IMG/VR virus record: IMGVR_UViG_3300050498_000174
Coordinates: 1-53,177 of that record
From: a virus
Taxonomy: Duplodnaviria > Caudoviricetes
Direction: 5' to 3' (one strand)
DNA: 53,177 nt
The position numbers were made by a program, and so were the translations under genes. The notes beneath the pieces are model-generated. The model ran no database searches and was not told the DNA's origin. It saw nothing but the letters and a program-made list of their open reading frames with translations. Shown here in pieces: positions 8,270 to 18,007 of the stretch. The first letter of the stretch is position 1. Every line of letters begins with the position of its first letter.

Positions 8270-8493
8270 TCGGTCGGCTCCTCAACGAACTGGAGCGTGA
8301 ACGCCTTGCCCTGCTCGAACCGGTCGGCCACCTCGCCCTTGACCGTCATCCGCAAGTCCAGGTAGGGCGTGGCCTGCGTCCACTCCTTGTTGCGGCCATC
8401 GGCATAATCGGCGCCGAAACCCACGGTGGCGTAACGGCTCTCACCCTCGCCGTACTCCTGCTTGAGGTTGCAGAACACCTTAGCTGTGATCAC
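8266..8493 (-). CDS. Conserved phage hypothetical protein
   Basis: NKEWTQATP..DLRMTV motif; AAGGAG RBS. Confidence 0.75.
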   Translation of the reverse strand: MITAKVFCNLKQEYGEGESRYATVGFGADYADGRNKEWTQATPYLDLRMTVKGEVADRFEQGKAFTLQFVEEPTE

Positions 8494-8510
8494 TACTCAA
8501 TCTCCTTTGG

Positions 8511-8726
8511 TTACAACACAATGTGGGGTACGAACCAGGCCGCGAACCCCAGCACCGCGCTCATGAACAACACGATGCTGGTACGCCGCCACGGCTTCGG
8601 CGGATCAACACCCAGCCACCGGCGCGTCGTCGCCGACAAGGTTTCCTTGCCGCTGAGCCACTCCAGTCCCGCGAACGACACCGCGACGGTGAGCAGCCAC
8701 GCGGCCCAAACGAGCGGCCAGCTCAC
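8511..8726 (-). CDS. Two-TM membrane protein (lysis cassette)
   Basis: Two hydrophobic segments; coupled to the upstream gene. Confidence 0.65.
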   Translation of the reverse strand: MSWPLVWAAWLLTVAVSFAGLEWLSGKETLSATTRRWLGVDPPKPWRRTSIVLFMSAVLGFAAWFVPHIVL

Positions 8727-8983
8727 TGGCGGCGCTGCCTGCTGAGCAGCTCAGCCACCGACTTCGGCGACCACACCCGCATCCGCGTCCACGCGGCCGT
8801 GATCAACGGTGCAGCAGCGGCCAGCGCGGCCACGAGTGTCAAGAGCTCGTTGGCCTTCTGCTCGTCAGCGCCGAAGATCACCGCGGCGCCGATCGCCGCG
8901 GTGACCACGGATACGATTGCGCCGATCTTCAGCGCGGGCTCCTTGGACTGCTCGCCGGGGGCCGGGGGTAACGGTATAGACAT
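8723..8983 (-). CDS. Putative holin
   Basis: 86 aa, two TM segments, KEPAL...RMRVWSP pattern, downstream of the lysin. Confidence 0.7.
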   Translation of the reverse strand: MSIPLPPAPGEQSKEPALKIGAIVSVVTAAIGAAVIFGADEQKANELLTLVAALAAAAPLITAAWTRMRVWSPKSVAELLSRQRRQ

Positions 8984-9021
8984 TGCCCCTCCTAGGGCTT
9001 GACGGATCTTGCATGAATTAG

Positions 9022-9387
9022 CTAGGAGTCGTTGGCGCCGAAACCGGCCGGGATCCGCTGACGCAGCTGGTCGATCGTCTGATACGGGTCATGGATCATC
9101 CGCACGATGTAACGGATCCGAGCCGCCAACACCGCCTCACGCGACTCCAGGCTGACCATCCGCAACTCCATACGCCGCAACCGTTCCTGACATGCATCAG
9201 CACGAGCCTCGGCCGACTCCGCCTTCTCCTCCGCGGCGTTGGCCCGCTGCTGCGCCCGGCCAACATCGGCACGGGCCTGCTCCACCCATTTGACATCGGT
9301 GGCCGAACGAGACGCCCGATAGGTCAACGCGCCAACCACGACGGTGCCGGCCAGCGACACCAACGCCACCATCACTGCCGTGTCCAC
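9022..9387 (-). CDS. TM plus coiled-coil membrane protein (lysis cassette)
   Basis: N-terminal TM followed by heptad repeats. Confidence 0.7.
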   Translation of the reverse strand: MDTAVMVALVSLAGTVVVGALTYRASRSATDVKWVEQARADVGRAQQRANAAEEKAESAEARADACQERLRRMELRMVSLESREAVLAARIRYIVRMIHDPYQTIDQLRQRIPAGFGANDS

Positions 9388-9789
9388 CTACAGCACCGCC
9401 CGACGCGGCGGCTCCGGCCAGCCGGAAATCAACCCGACCAGCAGCGCCAACGCCAGCCACACCGCAGCCGACACATAGCCACGCTCAACGTCGCCGAACA
9501 GTTGCGCACCGACGAGCAGCAGCCCCCACATCACCTTGATGGCGATCGCGGCGGTGAACCCGACCTGGTCACGGCGCAGGAACGCACAGAACAGGCACAC
9601 GACGCCGACCGTGCCCCACAGCCCCGCCCACGCCCACAGCGGGGCGACGGCGGCGGCGAAGCGCAGCGCGGCGCTGTCACGGGCAGCCTGCGTTGGTGTG
9701 AGCAGACTCAAGCAGTAGACGATGTCGAGGAAGGCGAAAAACAGCAGTGCTGCCCCCCGCCGCCCGATCCGCCGCCGCAATGCCGTCAT
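9388..9789 (-). CDS. Four-TM membrane protein (lysis cassette)
   Basis: Four hydrophobic helices; directly after the lysin. Confidence 0.75.
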   Translation of the reverse strand: MTALRRRIGRRGAALLFFAFLDIVYCLSLLTPTQAARDSAALRFAAAVAPLWAWAGLWGTVGVVCLFCAFLRRDQVGFTAAIAIKVMWGLLLVGAQLFGDVERGYVSAAVWLALALLVGLISGWPEPPRRAVL

Positions 9790-9801
9790 CAGATCCCGGG
9801 C

Positions 9802-10767
9802 CTACTGGGCTGTCTCGTCGAGGCCGCCCAGCACCTTGCGGACTGCGCGTTCGGCGGCCGCCTCGAGCTCCGGGCGCAGCGCGGCCACCAGCGCCGGCGT
9901 GAGCGCCGCCACCAACGCCGGTATATCCACCTCGGCTACAGGAGTCTCAAGCTCGGCCAGCTCCGCCGCGAGCTGCTTGACTGCGGCGTCGGCGTCACGG
10001 CCGTACTTGAGCCACTCCCCGGCCGGCTCAGTAACCCCATATGTTGGTGAGCTGATCGGATGGGCCCAAACCTCTTGTGCGGACACGTCATCATCTCCTA
10101 TCAGTGCACGCAGCTGATCGAGCGTGCCACGGAAAGCGTTGGCGTCACAGATGCTCTGCACGCCAATCGTTGTGCGCGAACCGAACTGGAGGACCGCCGG
10201 CATGATCCCCGAATAGGCCGACCAGCGTGACGACCCGTCACCCGGATACGCCTGCCGGTACGGCACCGCTGGATTCGAGCCGTAGTCGCTGGCCCACAAC
10301 GGATACCGCAGGCCACGCAAACTGTCGCCGTACACCCATCGCGGTGCGTACACGATCGGCGTCAACCGGCCGCCGGTACGCTGGACGAACAGGTCACACC
10401 AGGCGTGAATCTCAGCCAACGACGGCTCGTAGGCGTACACACCGTCCTTATTGGACCAGCGCTCACAATCCAGCTGCACCATGAACAACTCGTTGCGCCA
10501 GAACGGGGCGCCGCTGTCGAGCACCCGGATGAACTTGTCCACCTGCGGAGTCTGATCACCCTTGTGGTTGACGCAGTAGGCGCCGATCAGCGGCATGCCC
10601 GCGTTTTTGGCCCGGGCCATCGCGTAGGCGAACTGCGGATCAACATAGCTGCCACCCTCGGTTGCCTTGTGCGTGAAGAAAACGATCCCGTCACGCACCG
10701 CCGCACCGAGGTCCATCGGACCGCGATCCCAGTCGTAGTGGGATCCGTCCCAACCGAAGATCGGCAC
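9802..10767 (-). CDS. Endolysin, GH25 muramidase
   Basis: GWDGSHY, HKATEG, GAY, LDCE (DxE), LWASDY, LQF, CDAN motifs; AGGAGG RBS before the GTG at 10767. Confidence 0.9.
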   Translation of the reverse strand: MPIFGWDGSHYDWDRGPMDLGAAVRDGIVFFTHKATEGGSYVDPQFAYAMARAKNAGMPLIGAYCVNHKGDQTPQVDKFIRVLDSGAPFWRNELFMVQLDCERWSNKDGVYAYEPSLAEIHAWCDLFVQRTGGRLTPIVYAPRWVYGDSLRGLRYPLWASDYGSNPAVPYRQAYPGDGSSRWSAYSGIMPAVLQFGSRTTIGVQSICDANAFRGTLDQLRALIGDDDVSAQEVWAHPISSPTYGVTEPAGEWLKYGRDADAAVKQLAAELAELETPVAEVDIPALVAALTPALVAALRPELEAAAERAVRKVLGGLDETAQ

Positions 10768-10777
10768 CGTGCACCTC

Positions 10778-11533
10778 CTAGATGTGGTAGCGACCTTGCA
10801 AAAAACGCGGGGAAGCGGCGTCAACGAACTGCTCGTTGAAGTCGGTCGGGACGCTGTGGCACCAGCCGATCCCCAGCGCACCCGCGTGAGGCGACCACGC
10901 GCGGTAGGCGTCGGCCGCCGCCAACAGCCTGGCCCGCTCCTGCGCCGTGCCCGGCCCCCGGGTCAACCCGGTCGGGCAGCCAGGCGTCGACCAGTAACGC
11001 GACCAGACCGTGTAGGCGACCCACACCCCGCCGTAGTGGCCATCGGCCTTGAGCTGCTGCATCGCGACGCCGGCGTTGCCGTGGTTTGCATTGCCTAGCC
11101 CCGACGTGGTCTCCCACGGTGTGGGCACAAACACCGACGAGTCCGGGGTGGCCCGGTGTTCGTGCTCGAGCAGGATCGCCCGCCACACCCCGACGGTCAA
11201 CTCGTCGTCGGGCACGCTGCCATCGATCAGCTCGCTGACGCGCAAAGCGGCGCAGGCTGAGGCCATCTCCGCCTGCCGGGCCGCCGCCAGCGACGCCGCG
11301 GTCATCTGCGTCCGGCCCTCCGCCGCCGGATCATGCGTGTAGCCGTGCACGGCGCACACCACCGTCCCGTCGAGCACTGCGCCGGCGGAGGTTTGCGACC
11401 CGTCCGACGCGCACACCACCGTCACCGGACGACCCGCCGTCACATGCCGGCCGATCTCGACACCCTGCAACAGGGTCTCGTCGTCACGATGCGGTGAGAA
11501 AAAGATTGCTGGTGCGCCCATTAGTGTGTCCAA
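10778..11533 (-). CDS. PIG-L/LmbE-family N-deacetylase
   Basis: FFSPHRDDETL metal motif, SDG, RQAEMASACAAL, NANH. Confidence 0.85.
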   Translation of the reverse strand: MDTLMGAPAIFFSPHRDDETLLQGVEIGRHVTAGRPVTVVCASDGSQTSAGAVLDGTVVCAVHGYTHDPAAEGRTQMTAASLAAARQAEMASACAALRVSELIDGSVPDDELTVGVWRAILLEHEHRATPDSSVFVPTPWETTSGLGNANHGNAGVAMQQLKADGHYGGVWVAYTVWSRYWSTPGCPTGLTRGPGTAQERARLLAAADAYRAWSPHAGALGIGWCHSVPTDFNEQFVDAASPRFLQGRYHI

Positions 11534-11542
11534 TCTCGAGCT

Positions 11543-12079
11543 TTAGGCGTAACGGCGCAGGCCCATCCAGGCACCCAACTTGATGATCGTGTTGCCGACC
11601 GTGGCGGCGTTCTGCGCCCACTCCAGGGTCAACGTGCCCGCCGCAGAAGCGATCAAAGTTCCGTGCATGAGGATGTTCGACCAGTTGGCGTTGATGGTGC
11701 CCATCACGATCTCGCTGGTCGGCGATGTGGTCGCACCCAGCTGGGCCACGCTCTTGAGGTCACCCTCAGCTGTGGTGGCGGTCGTGGCCAGCCCGGACAG
11801 GCCCCAATCCAGCCGGGTCACGGAGCTGGCGGTAAACGTCAACCGCAGCTTGATGTCCGCGGCCGTCGGCCCCTCCACCGGCAACCAGCCATCCAACACG
11901 TAGGACGCGCCCGCGACATAGGCCACCGACAGGTGGTTGTCAGTTTGATGGGTGGCCGAGTTGTTGACCGTTTCGTCGGCGGTCTTGACCGCAATCACCG
12001 GCCGCAACTCGGTGATCAAAGAGGAGAGTTTGGCAGCGGTCAGAATGTCGCCCGCGCTGGGCAAAGTGCTGAGCGCCAC
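11543..12079 (-). CDS. Minor tail protein
   Basis: AGDILTAAKL start; KTADETV; GTLTLEWAQN typical of actinophage tail tips. Confidence 0.8.
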   Translation of the reverse strand: MALSTLPSAGDILTAAKLSSLITELRPVIAVKTADETVNNSATHQTDNHLSVAYVAGASYVLDGWLPVEGPTAADIKLRLTFTASSVTRLDWGLSGLATTATTAEGDLKSVAQLGATTSPTSEIVMGTINANWSNILMHGTLIASAAGTLTLEWAQNAATVGNTIIKLGAWMGLRRYA

Positions 12080-12088
12080 GAATGCCTC

Positions 12089-14920
12089 CTACAGGGCGAG
12101 CCGCAGAGCGGGGGGCTGGTCGAGGTTCACGGCGTCACCCGAGCTGTGTGCTTTAACCACACCGTTGACCGAGCGCGTCACCGTGAACGTCTGCGGGCTC
12201 GAACCGCCGGAGATGGCGGTGAGGGTCATGACCTCACCGGCGATCACGATGGGGATCGACAGGCCAGCGCCGGTGGCCCACAGGTCGCCGGCGCTGGAGG
12301 TGGCCACCGACAGGGATGTGGCCGAGCTGGTGATACCGGAGGCGAGGGTGGAGGTGCCCGAGTCGAGCCGCCCGTAGGTGGACGAGTCGAGGACACCCAC
12401 CGTGTACGGTGCGGCCGGCGAGACGTTGAGGCTGAACCTCCACCGGTCGGCAGCGATTACCTCGGTGTAGCCCTCGACGAACACGTCGATGTCCACACTG
12501 GACGGATGCTGCGTCATCAGGTTGGTGCCCTTGACCCGGGCGCCGATGCGACAGTTGAGCCACGCCTCGACCAGTTCCGGGGACATGCGCAGGTCGCCGG
12601 TGATGGCCGGGTAGCGCATGCCGCGGGCGGTGCCTTCGTTGACCCGCCACCCGGCCATGTGGGTCACCAGAGAATCGGAGCTGAGATTGAGCGCCTTGGA
12701 ATCCCTGTAGCGGCCAACCCCGTTGGGTGGGTCTTTAACCGACATGGGCCCGGTGAGTTGCTGGTAGCGGCCTGATGATCCGCCTTGGCGGCTGATGGTC
12801 CAGTCGTTGCGCAGGTTCAGGTCGTCCCGCACGGGCTGGAACGGCGCGGCCAACTGGCCCTGGGATTTGTTGAGGGTCATGCGGATGTCGGCGTTCTGTT
12901 TGGACTGCCGGGCAATCCACACCAGGTCGCCGCCGATGCCGCCGTCGTGCAGCAGGCTCAGGTCGGCGTCCTCACACTCACGCCACGCGCCGATGAGCGT
13001 CGTTTTCGGCTGCGCTCCCATGCCCACAGCCGATCCCTGCGAAACGAGGACACTGAAGTCACGCAGGATCTGGATCGGCTCATCGGACTCATCACCGAGC
13101 CGCACCACCCGCGCCTGTGCCGACTCCGGAGTGTGCCCCCGAGAAGCCGCGTTAAGGTCGAAAAAGTCGTCTTCCGGGGTGTAGCCGGCGTCAGTGATCA
13201 GGAACGCGTGGCCCACGCCGGCACCATTGAGGTTGGCTGAAGCGGCCGCACGGAAGTCGGTGACGATGCCGTGGGTTTGGCTGGCAAGGGTGCCTTGCGC
13301 AGCCTGGCCGGCGAGGTAGCCGCCCCATCCCAGGTTGTAGTCGATGTCGGCGCCGTTGGTCTTAAGGTCTATGCCGACGAAGACCCACTGACCATAGAAC
13401 TCGGACTCGGTCACCATGCTGACGCTGTCGGTGAGGATCGCCGTGCCGGCGCCGTTGTAGGCGATGAAGTCGATCTGGTCGGGTGCGCCGGTGGTGATGA
13501 ACGCCCGCCAGATTTTGGCGGTGCCAGTGGCCTCGACCTCGAACAGCATCGTAGATGCCGACACAGCCGAGGGCACCTTGAAGAACACGCCAAAAAACCA
13601 CTGGCCAGTGTTGGTGTGGGCGGGTATCGAGGCGGACAGGGTGGCGCCGGTGGCCATGCTGGGCAACGGATCCGACCCGGCAAGGTCGGACAGCGCGGCA
13701 AAGGCCAGCCCGGAGACGGTCATCGGCTGCCCGTCCACCGCGGACGCTGCAGACGTGGCGCCCCCGCCGTCCTGCATCGTCCAATAGGCGGTCGGCTCCA
13801 CCCCAGCCGTGATCGACCCCATCAGGCTGCGTTCCAGTGCGGGCCGCAGCGGGTCGGCGCCACGCTGCAATCTGCGCAACCGGCCCGCCGCGGCGACGTG
13901 CATGACGGCCAGGCGGGTGGACAGGTCCCAGTCGGGGGCGAACGAGGCAAGGTAGGCGGTCGCGCGTTCGGTGGGTGGGGCGTACCCGTAGGGCATCGAC
14001 ACCCGCAGGCGCACACCCATTCGCAGATACGGGTAGTAGGCGCCGACCGGGTTGTCGGGGGTGAATCGGCCGTCAGAGTTGTTGAACGACAGGGCGATCG
14101 ACGTTGGTGCGGCCACAGAGTTGGCGTTCTGGCGGCCTTTGATGATGGTGACGCCTTGCTCGTGGCGGGTGTAGGCGGATACGTCCTGCCACGCGCCGTT
14201 GATCTCCAGCTCCACCTTGGGTGACAGGACGTTGGTGGTGATGCCGGTGACGGTGGGCTTGAGCGCCACGATCCACGTCGACGCCGCGGTCTGCGACTGG
14301 GAGCGCACAAACTGTTCGAAATAATCCATACGCTCCAGCGCGATCGTCACCACGTCGCATGCCGAGCCGGTGATGTCGGTGCCTGCGCCGGCGTTGGTGG
14401 AGCCGTCGAAGCGTTCCGCGGCGCCGGTGGGCATGCCTGTAATGCCGGACGTCCACGTGGAGGCGGCGCCGGAGGCGGTGCGCACCGCGGCCACCGCCGA
14501 GACCTGTGCGTATCCGGGCAGCACCCCGATTTTCCCGGCCCGGTAGCCGACCTGATCGGCGGGGGCAGCGATGTAGGACGACGCCAGCGAGTTGGAGGTC
14601 ACGACCGGGGCGGAGGTGTCCACGCCGGTGTAGGCGCCTACCCAGCCCCAGTTGCGCACGCTGGCGCCGAGCGTCCACGTCCACGACGCCCCTTCGGAGG
14701 CGGCCGGTTTCCAGTATGCGGCCAGGGTGACGTCGGTGCCGTTGGCCTGTGACCCGATCAGCGTCCACCCCGCCGGTGGAGTGATCGACCCGACGCCGAC
14801 CTCGGCGATGAACGCCAGCAGGAAATCACCGTCGGCCGTCCCGGCCGGTTTGGACACGGTCACGCTGGTGCCGGCGGTGCCGTTGACAACATTGGCACCG
14901 GCCCGGAACGCGACCGTCAT
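12089..14920 (-). CDS. Large minor tail (hub/adhesin) protein with a LamG-like insert
   Basis: Follows the TMP; LSFNNSDGRFTPDNPVGAYYPY; AYW; TVTRSVNGVVKAH. Confidence 0.85.
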   Translation of the reverse strand: MTVAFRAGANVVNGTAGTSVTVSKPAGTADGDFLLAFIAEVGVGSITPPAGWTLIGSQANGTDVTLAAYWKPAASEGASWTWTLGASVRNWGWVGAYTGVDTSAPVVTSNSLASSYIAAPADQVGYRAGKIGVLPGYAQVSAVAAVRTASGAASTWTSGITGMPTGAAERFDGSTNAGAGTDITGSACDVVTIALERMDYFEQFVRSQSQTAASTWIVALKPTVTGITTNVLSPKVELEINGAWQDVSAYTRHEQGVTIIKGRQNANSVAAPTSIALSFNNSDGRFTPDNPVGAYYPYLRMGVRLRVSMPYGYAPPTERATAYLASFAPDWDLSTRLAVMHVAAAGRLRRLQRGADPLRPALERSLMGSITAGVEPTAYWTMQDGGGATSAASAVDGQPMTVSGLAFAALSDLAGSDPLPSMATGATLSASIPAHTNTGQWFFGVFFKVPSAVSASTMLFEVEATGTAKIWRAFITTGAPDQIDFIAYNGAGTAILTDSVSMVTESEFYGQWVFVGIDLKTNGADIDYNLGWGGYLAGQAAQGTLASQTHGIVTDFRAAASANLNGAGVGHAFLITDAGYTPEDDFFDLNAASRGHTPESAQARVVRLGDESDEPIQILRDFSVLVSQGSAVGMGAQPKTTLIGAWRECEDADLSLLHDGGIGGDLVWIARQSKQNADIRMTLNKSQGQLAAPFQPVRDDLNLRNDWTISRQGGSSGRYQQLTGPMSVKDPPNGVGRYRDSKALNLSSDSLVTHMAGWRVNEGTARGMRYPAITGDLRMSPELVEAWLNCRIGARVKGTNLMTQHPSSVDIDVFVEGYTEVIAADRWRFSLNVSPAAPYTVGVLDSSTYGRLDSGTSTLASGITSSATSLSVATSSAGDLWATGAGLSIPIVIAGEVMTLTAISGGSSPQTFTVTRSVNGVVKAHSSGDAVNLDQPPALRLAL

Positions 14921-16926
14921 CAGGCACCCGGCTGGCCGAGCACGGTTTGAACATGGCCGCCCTGATCGGCGATCTCCAGGCGCAGCATTGACATGATCGA
15001 GCCGACCAGGTCCGCCATTGCGGGTGGGCCGGCGTAGCGCATGACGACTTCGATCCGCCCGCCGCCGGAGGCCGGCGGCGCCGCCGACCCGCCGGAGGCA
15101 CCGGACATCATGGACCGGGTTTGGCTGTTGCTGTAGACGGTGGCGCCCCGCCCGTCGGCGTGCATCTGCACGAGCTCGATACCGCGCTCGCCAACCGTGT
15201 ACATCTGGCCGGGATACATCGATCCACCAGCAGCACGGCCGCCGCCGTAGCCGGATGTGTCACCCTCGTAGAACTGGCCGTTGATGGTGATCGGACGCGA
15301 CCGTGCTGCGGCCGCATTGCTGCCGAGAAGCCGCCGGAGGTATTCGGCGCGGGCGATCGCTTCGAGGAGCCCCGGCGCCGTCACCTCTGTGGCCACCCGC
15401 GCTGGTATGTTGAGCAACTCCGTCGCCAGGTCGTTGGCGGCCTGCTTGCTCATGCCGAGCCGGACCGCCTGCTGGCGCAGTGCTTCGACCTGCTGGCGGT
15501 AAACGGTGTTGGCGCCTTCCACGTCGCCAGTCATAAGGACGGTGTTGTCGCGGGTCTCCTTGATCGATTCGGCGAGTCTGTCGAGCGTCTCCGCGTTGGC
15601 CCGGCCCGCCTCGGTTCCGATGTCTAGGCTCGCACCGTGCTTGTTTACCGACTCAGTCAGGTCGTCAATGGCTTCCTGATAGTTCCTGGCCACTTCGCGG
15701 GAGTCCATGAAGCGGCCGAACATTTTGTCCATCGCCCGGATCTGGTCGTTGATCTCATCCGTCGCGCTCTTGGTGGCGGTTTCCATCTCCTCTTCGGCAC
15801 GGATGATCGGCTGGATGCCGCCGTCTACATAGTCCTTGGATGCGTCGCGTGCCTTGTCGATCGCAGCGACCTGCTCCCGGAACGCCGAGCCCTGGCGTTC
15901 GATGGCCCCACCGGCGACCGGCAGCCATCCGAACAGGGTCTCCATCGTTCCGGATATCGCGGCACCGCTGCGAGATGACCATTCGAACAGGTCGCCAAGG
16001 GTGGACAGCAGCTTGCCGGACGCATCGATGGTCGTCTGAATGGCCTGGCTGATGGCGACGATGCCCATGACCGCCTGGTCGGGGTCATCGGAAAGTTCGT
16101 CGAAGAAATCGCCGACCGCGTCACCGATCTTAGGCAGCTCCGCCGACAACGCGCGGATCGCCGGCTGCATGGCATTGGCCGCCCGGGTGATGCCGCCCAT
16201 GATGTTGTCCAGGGCGCCGGTGGCCCCGCCCGTCAAGCCGGGCAGGACCGGGCCGAGCTTTTCACCGATCTGCCCGAAGTTGTCAGCCAGCCTCGAACCT
16301 GCGGCATCGAGGATGTTCAGCGACTCAATGACCGGCTTGACGAACGCGCCGCCGGCCCGCAAGAGTTCGTCGCCCACGTGGTCGCCGACCAGCTTCGCCG
16401 CCGACTGGACCTGCTGATCCTGGGATGCGGCCACGATGCCGCCGACAATCCCGCCGATGCCGGCACCGCCGATCACGGCGCTTTGGATCGCCACCCCGAT
16501 CGCCGGTGCGAGAAGTGCGCCGAGGCCGATCGCGCCCACGATCGCCGGGCCACGCAACGACCTCAAAGACAAGGTCAAGCCTTCGCCGATCTTCTGCCCC
16601 GCGTCGGAACCGACGGCGGTGGCCTCATCGGTGATGGACTTGCGGAGCCGCTCGAAGATCCGCAGGTTGGACTGCTCCTTGCGGATGGACTTGAGTAGAT
16701 CCATGTCGCCGGTCGTGTCGAACTGCTTGACCAGCTTCTTGACCTCGGCCTCAGCTTCGGCGATCTTCCTGGTGAGGACGCCGGCATCCTTACCCATGCC
16801 GCGCAGTTCAGCGCTGGTTTTGTCGGTCGCGTCGCCGAAACGCTCCATCCCAGCCGTGGCCGCACGTTCACCGGTCAGATTGAGATCGATGTTGACCTCA
16901 TGGCGGCTGGCCATATGCCCGGTCAC
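14920..16926 (-). CDS. Tape measure protein (about 668 aa)
   Basis: Ala/Gly-rich helical protein; C-terminal RAAGG..YTVGERGIEL; position. Confidence 0.9.
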   Translation of the reverse strand: MTGHMASRHEVNIDLNLTGERAATAGMERFGDATDKTSAELRGMGKDAGVLTRKIAEAEAEVKKLVKQFDTTGDMDLLKSIRKEQSNLRIFERLRKSITDEATAVGSDAGQKIGEGLTLSLRSLRGPAIVGAIGLGALLAPAIGVAIQSAVIGGAGIGGIVGGIVAASQDQQVQSAAKLVGDHVGDELLRAGGAFVKPVIESLNILDAAGSRLADNFGQIGEKLGPVLPGLTGGATGALDNIMGGITRAANAMQPAIRALSAELPKIGDAVGDFFDELSDDPDQAVMGIVAISQAIQTTIDASGKLLSTLGDLFEWSSRSGAAISGTMETLFGWLPVAGGAIERQGSAFREQVAAIDKARDASKDYVDGGIQPIIRAEEEMETATKSATDEINDQIRAMDKMFGRFMDSREVARNYQEAIDDLTESVNKHGASLDIGTEAGRANAETLDRLAESIKETRDNTVLMTGDVEGANTVYRQQVEALRQQAVRLGMSKQAANDLATELLNIPARVATEVTAPGLLEAIARAEYLRRLLGSNAAAARSRPITINGQFYEGDTSGYGGGRAAGGSMYPGQMYTVGERGIELVQMHADGRGATVYSNSQTRSMMSGASGGSAAPPASGGGRIEVVMRYAGPPAMADLVGSIMSMLRLEIADQGGHVQTVLGQPGA

Positions 16927-16975
16927 CCCCCACCCGATCGACTGACGGTGATCTCATGACAGCGGTCGGTACCGT

Positions 16976-17446
16976 GTGCCGGTGACTCAGGAACCTCTAA
17001 CCCGGATAGGTCAGCCACCAGCCACGCCACAGCGAGTTCACCGCGGCAAGCGGCCCGTTCTGATCGCCGCCGCCGCGGTCATAGCGCTCACGCTCATCGC
17101 CGGAGGCGTCTACCTGTTCGCGCGGCCGAAGGACTTCGACCTTCACGGCACGCTCGAACTCCGTCACGCCGCGACCGTCAGCGCCGGATGCATCGGGCAG
17201 GGCGGCTACTCGGACATCACCGGATACAACCAGGTCGTCGTCACCGACGGATCCGGCAAGACGGTCGCGATCGGCCAAACCACCAAGGGCACCTCGAACG
17301 GGCTCGCCTGTGTGTACGAGTTCGTTGTGCCGAATGTTCCCTCAGGTCTGGGCTTCTACGGGGTCGAAGTTGGCCACCGGGGGCGGGTGCAGTACAACGA
17401 GGACCAGGTCAGGAAGGGTGTGAAGCTCTCGCTCGGTCCGAACTAG
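16976..17446 (+). CDS. Single-TM extracytoplasmic protein, antisense to the tail operon (moron)
   Basis: TM helix followed by a CxGxGGYSDI...C beta domain. Confidence 0.75.
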   Translation: MPVTQEPLTRIGQPPATPQRVHRGKRPVLIAAAAVIALTLIAGGVYLFARPKDFDLHGTLELRHAATVSAGCIGQGGYSDITGYNQVVVTDGSGKTVAIGQTTKGTSNGLACVYEFVVPNVPSGLGFYGVEVGHRGRVQYNEDQVRKGVKLSLGPN

Positions 17447-17448
17447 CT

Positions 17449-17939
17449 CTACTGCAGCTTGGCCCATTCGCTCAGGTAGGCGTCGATCACTCGGGGACTC
17501 ATCACCCGGATGTCCGCATAGCCCTGGTTGCACGGGGGCGCGCTAAGTGTGGGCGCGATCAGCGCGAGCGCTTCCTTGACCGAGTGGCCGCCGAGGATGG
17601 CTTGGAGAAACTTGGGTCCGGGGGGTCGACATCATCGCCAGGCGCAGGCTCGTCCTTCCACTCCACCTTACGAATCTTGATCCGGAACTCGTGCAGATCC
17701 GGTGTCTCCACACCGGCAAGCCTTCGGGCCAGCCACACCTGACACATCTGCCACCGGATCGTGTTACGCGGCTTATCGAAGGCGTACAAGGTGCTGAACC
17801 AGACGTTCATGCTGGACTCGTACTCGGCGAGGGTCACCCCGTCGACGTCGTCGAGGTCGGCTTCGTTCCAGCGCAGCCACTCCGGCCCGCCAGGAAACTG
17901 CTCTCTGTCCTCATCACACAGTCGCAGCAGATTGGTCAT
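17449..17939 (-). CDS. Tail assembly chaperone: short form 17559-17939 and a -1 frameshifted long form ending at 17449
   Basis: Slippery C-CCC-CCG at 17619-17625; the -1 frame is open: GPKFLQAILGG...IDAYLSEWAKLQ*. Confidence 0.75.
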
Positions 17940-18007
17940 GGGGTTTGCCTTTCGCCTTGAAGGGTTTGACCGGCGCCCGCCAACCCTTCAAGGCGGGCGC
18001 CGGAGAA

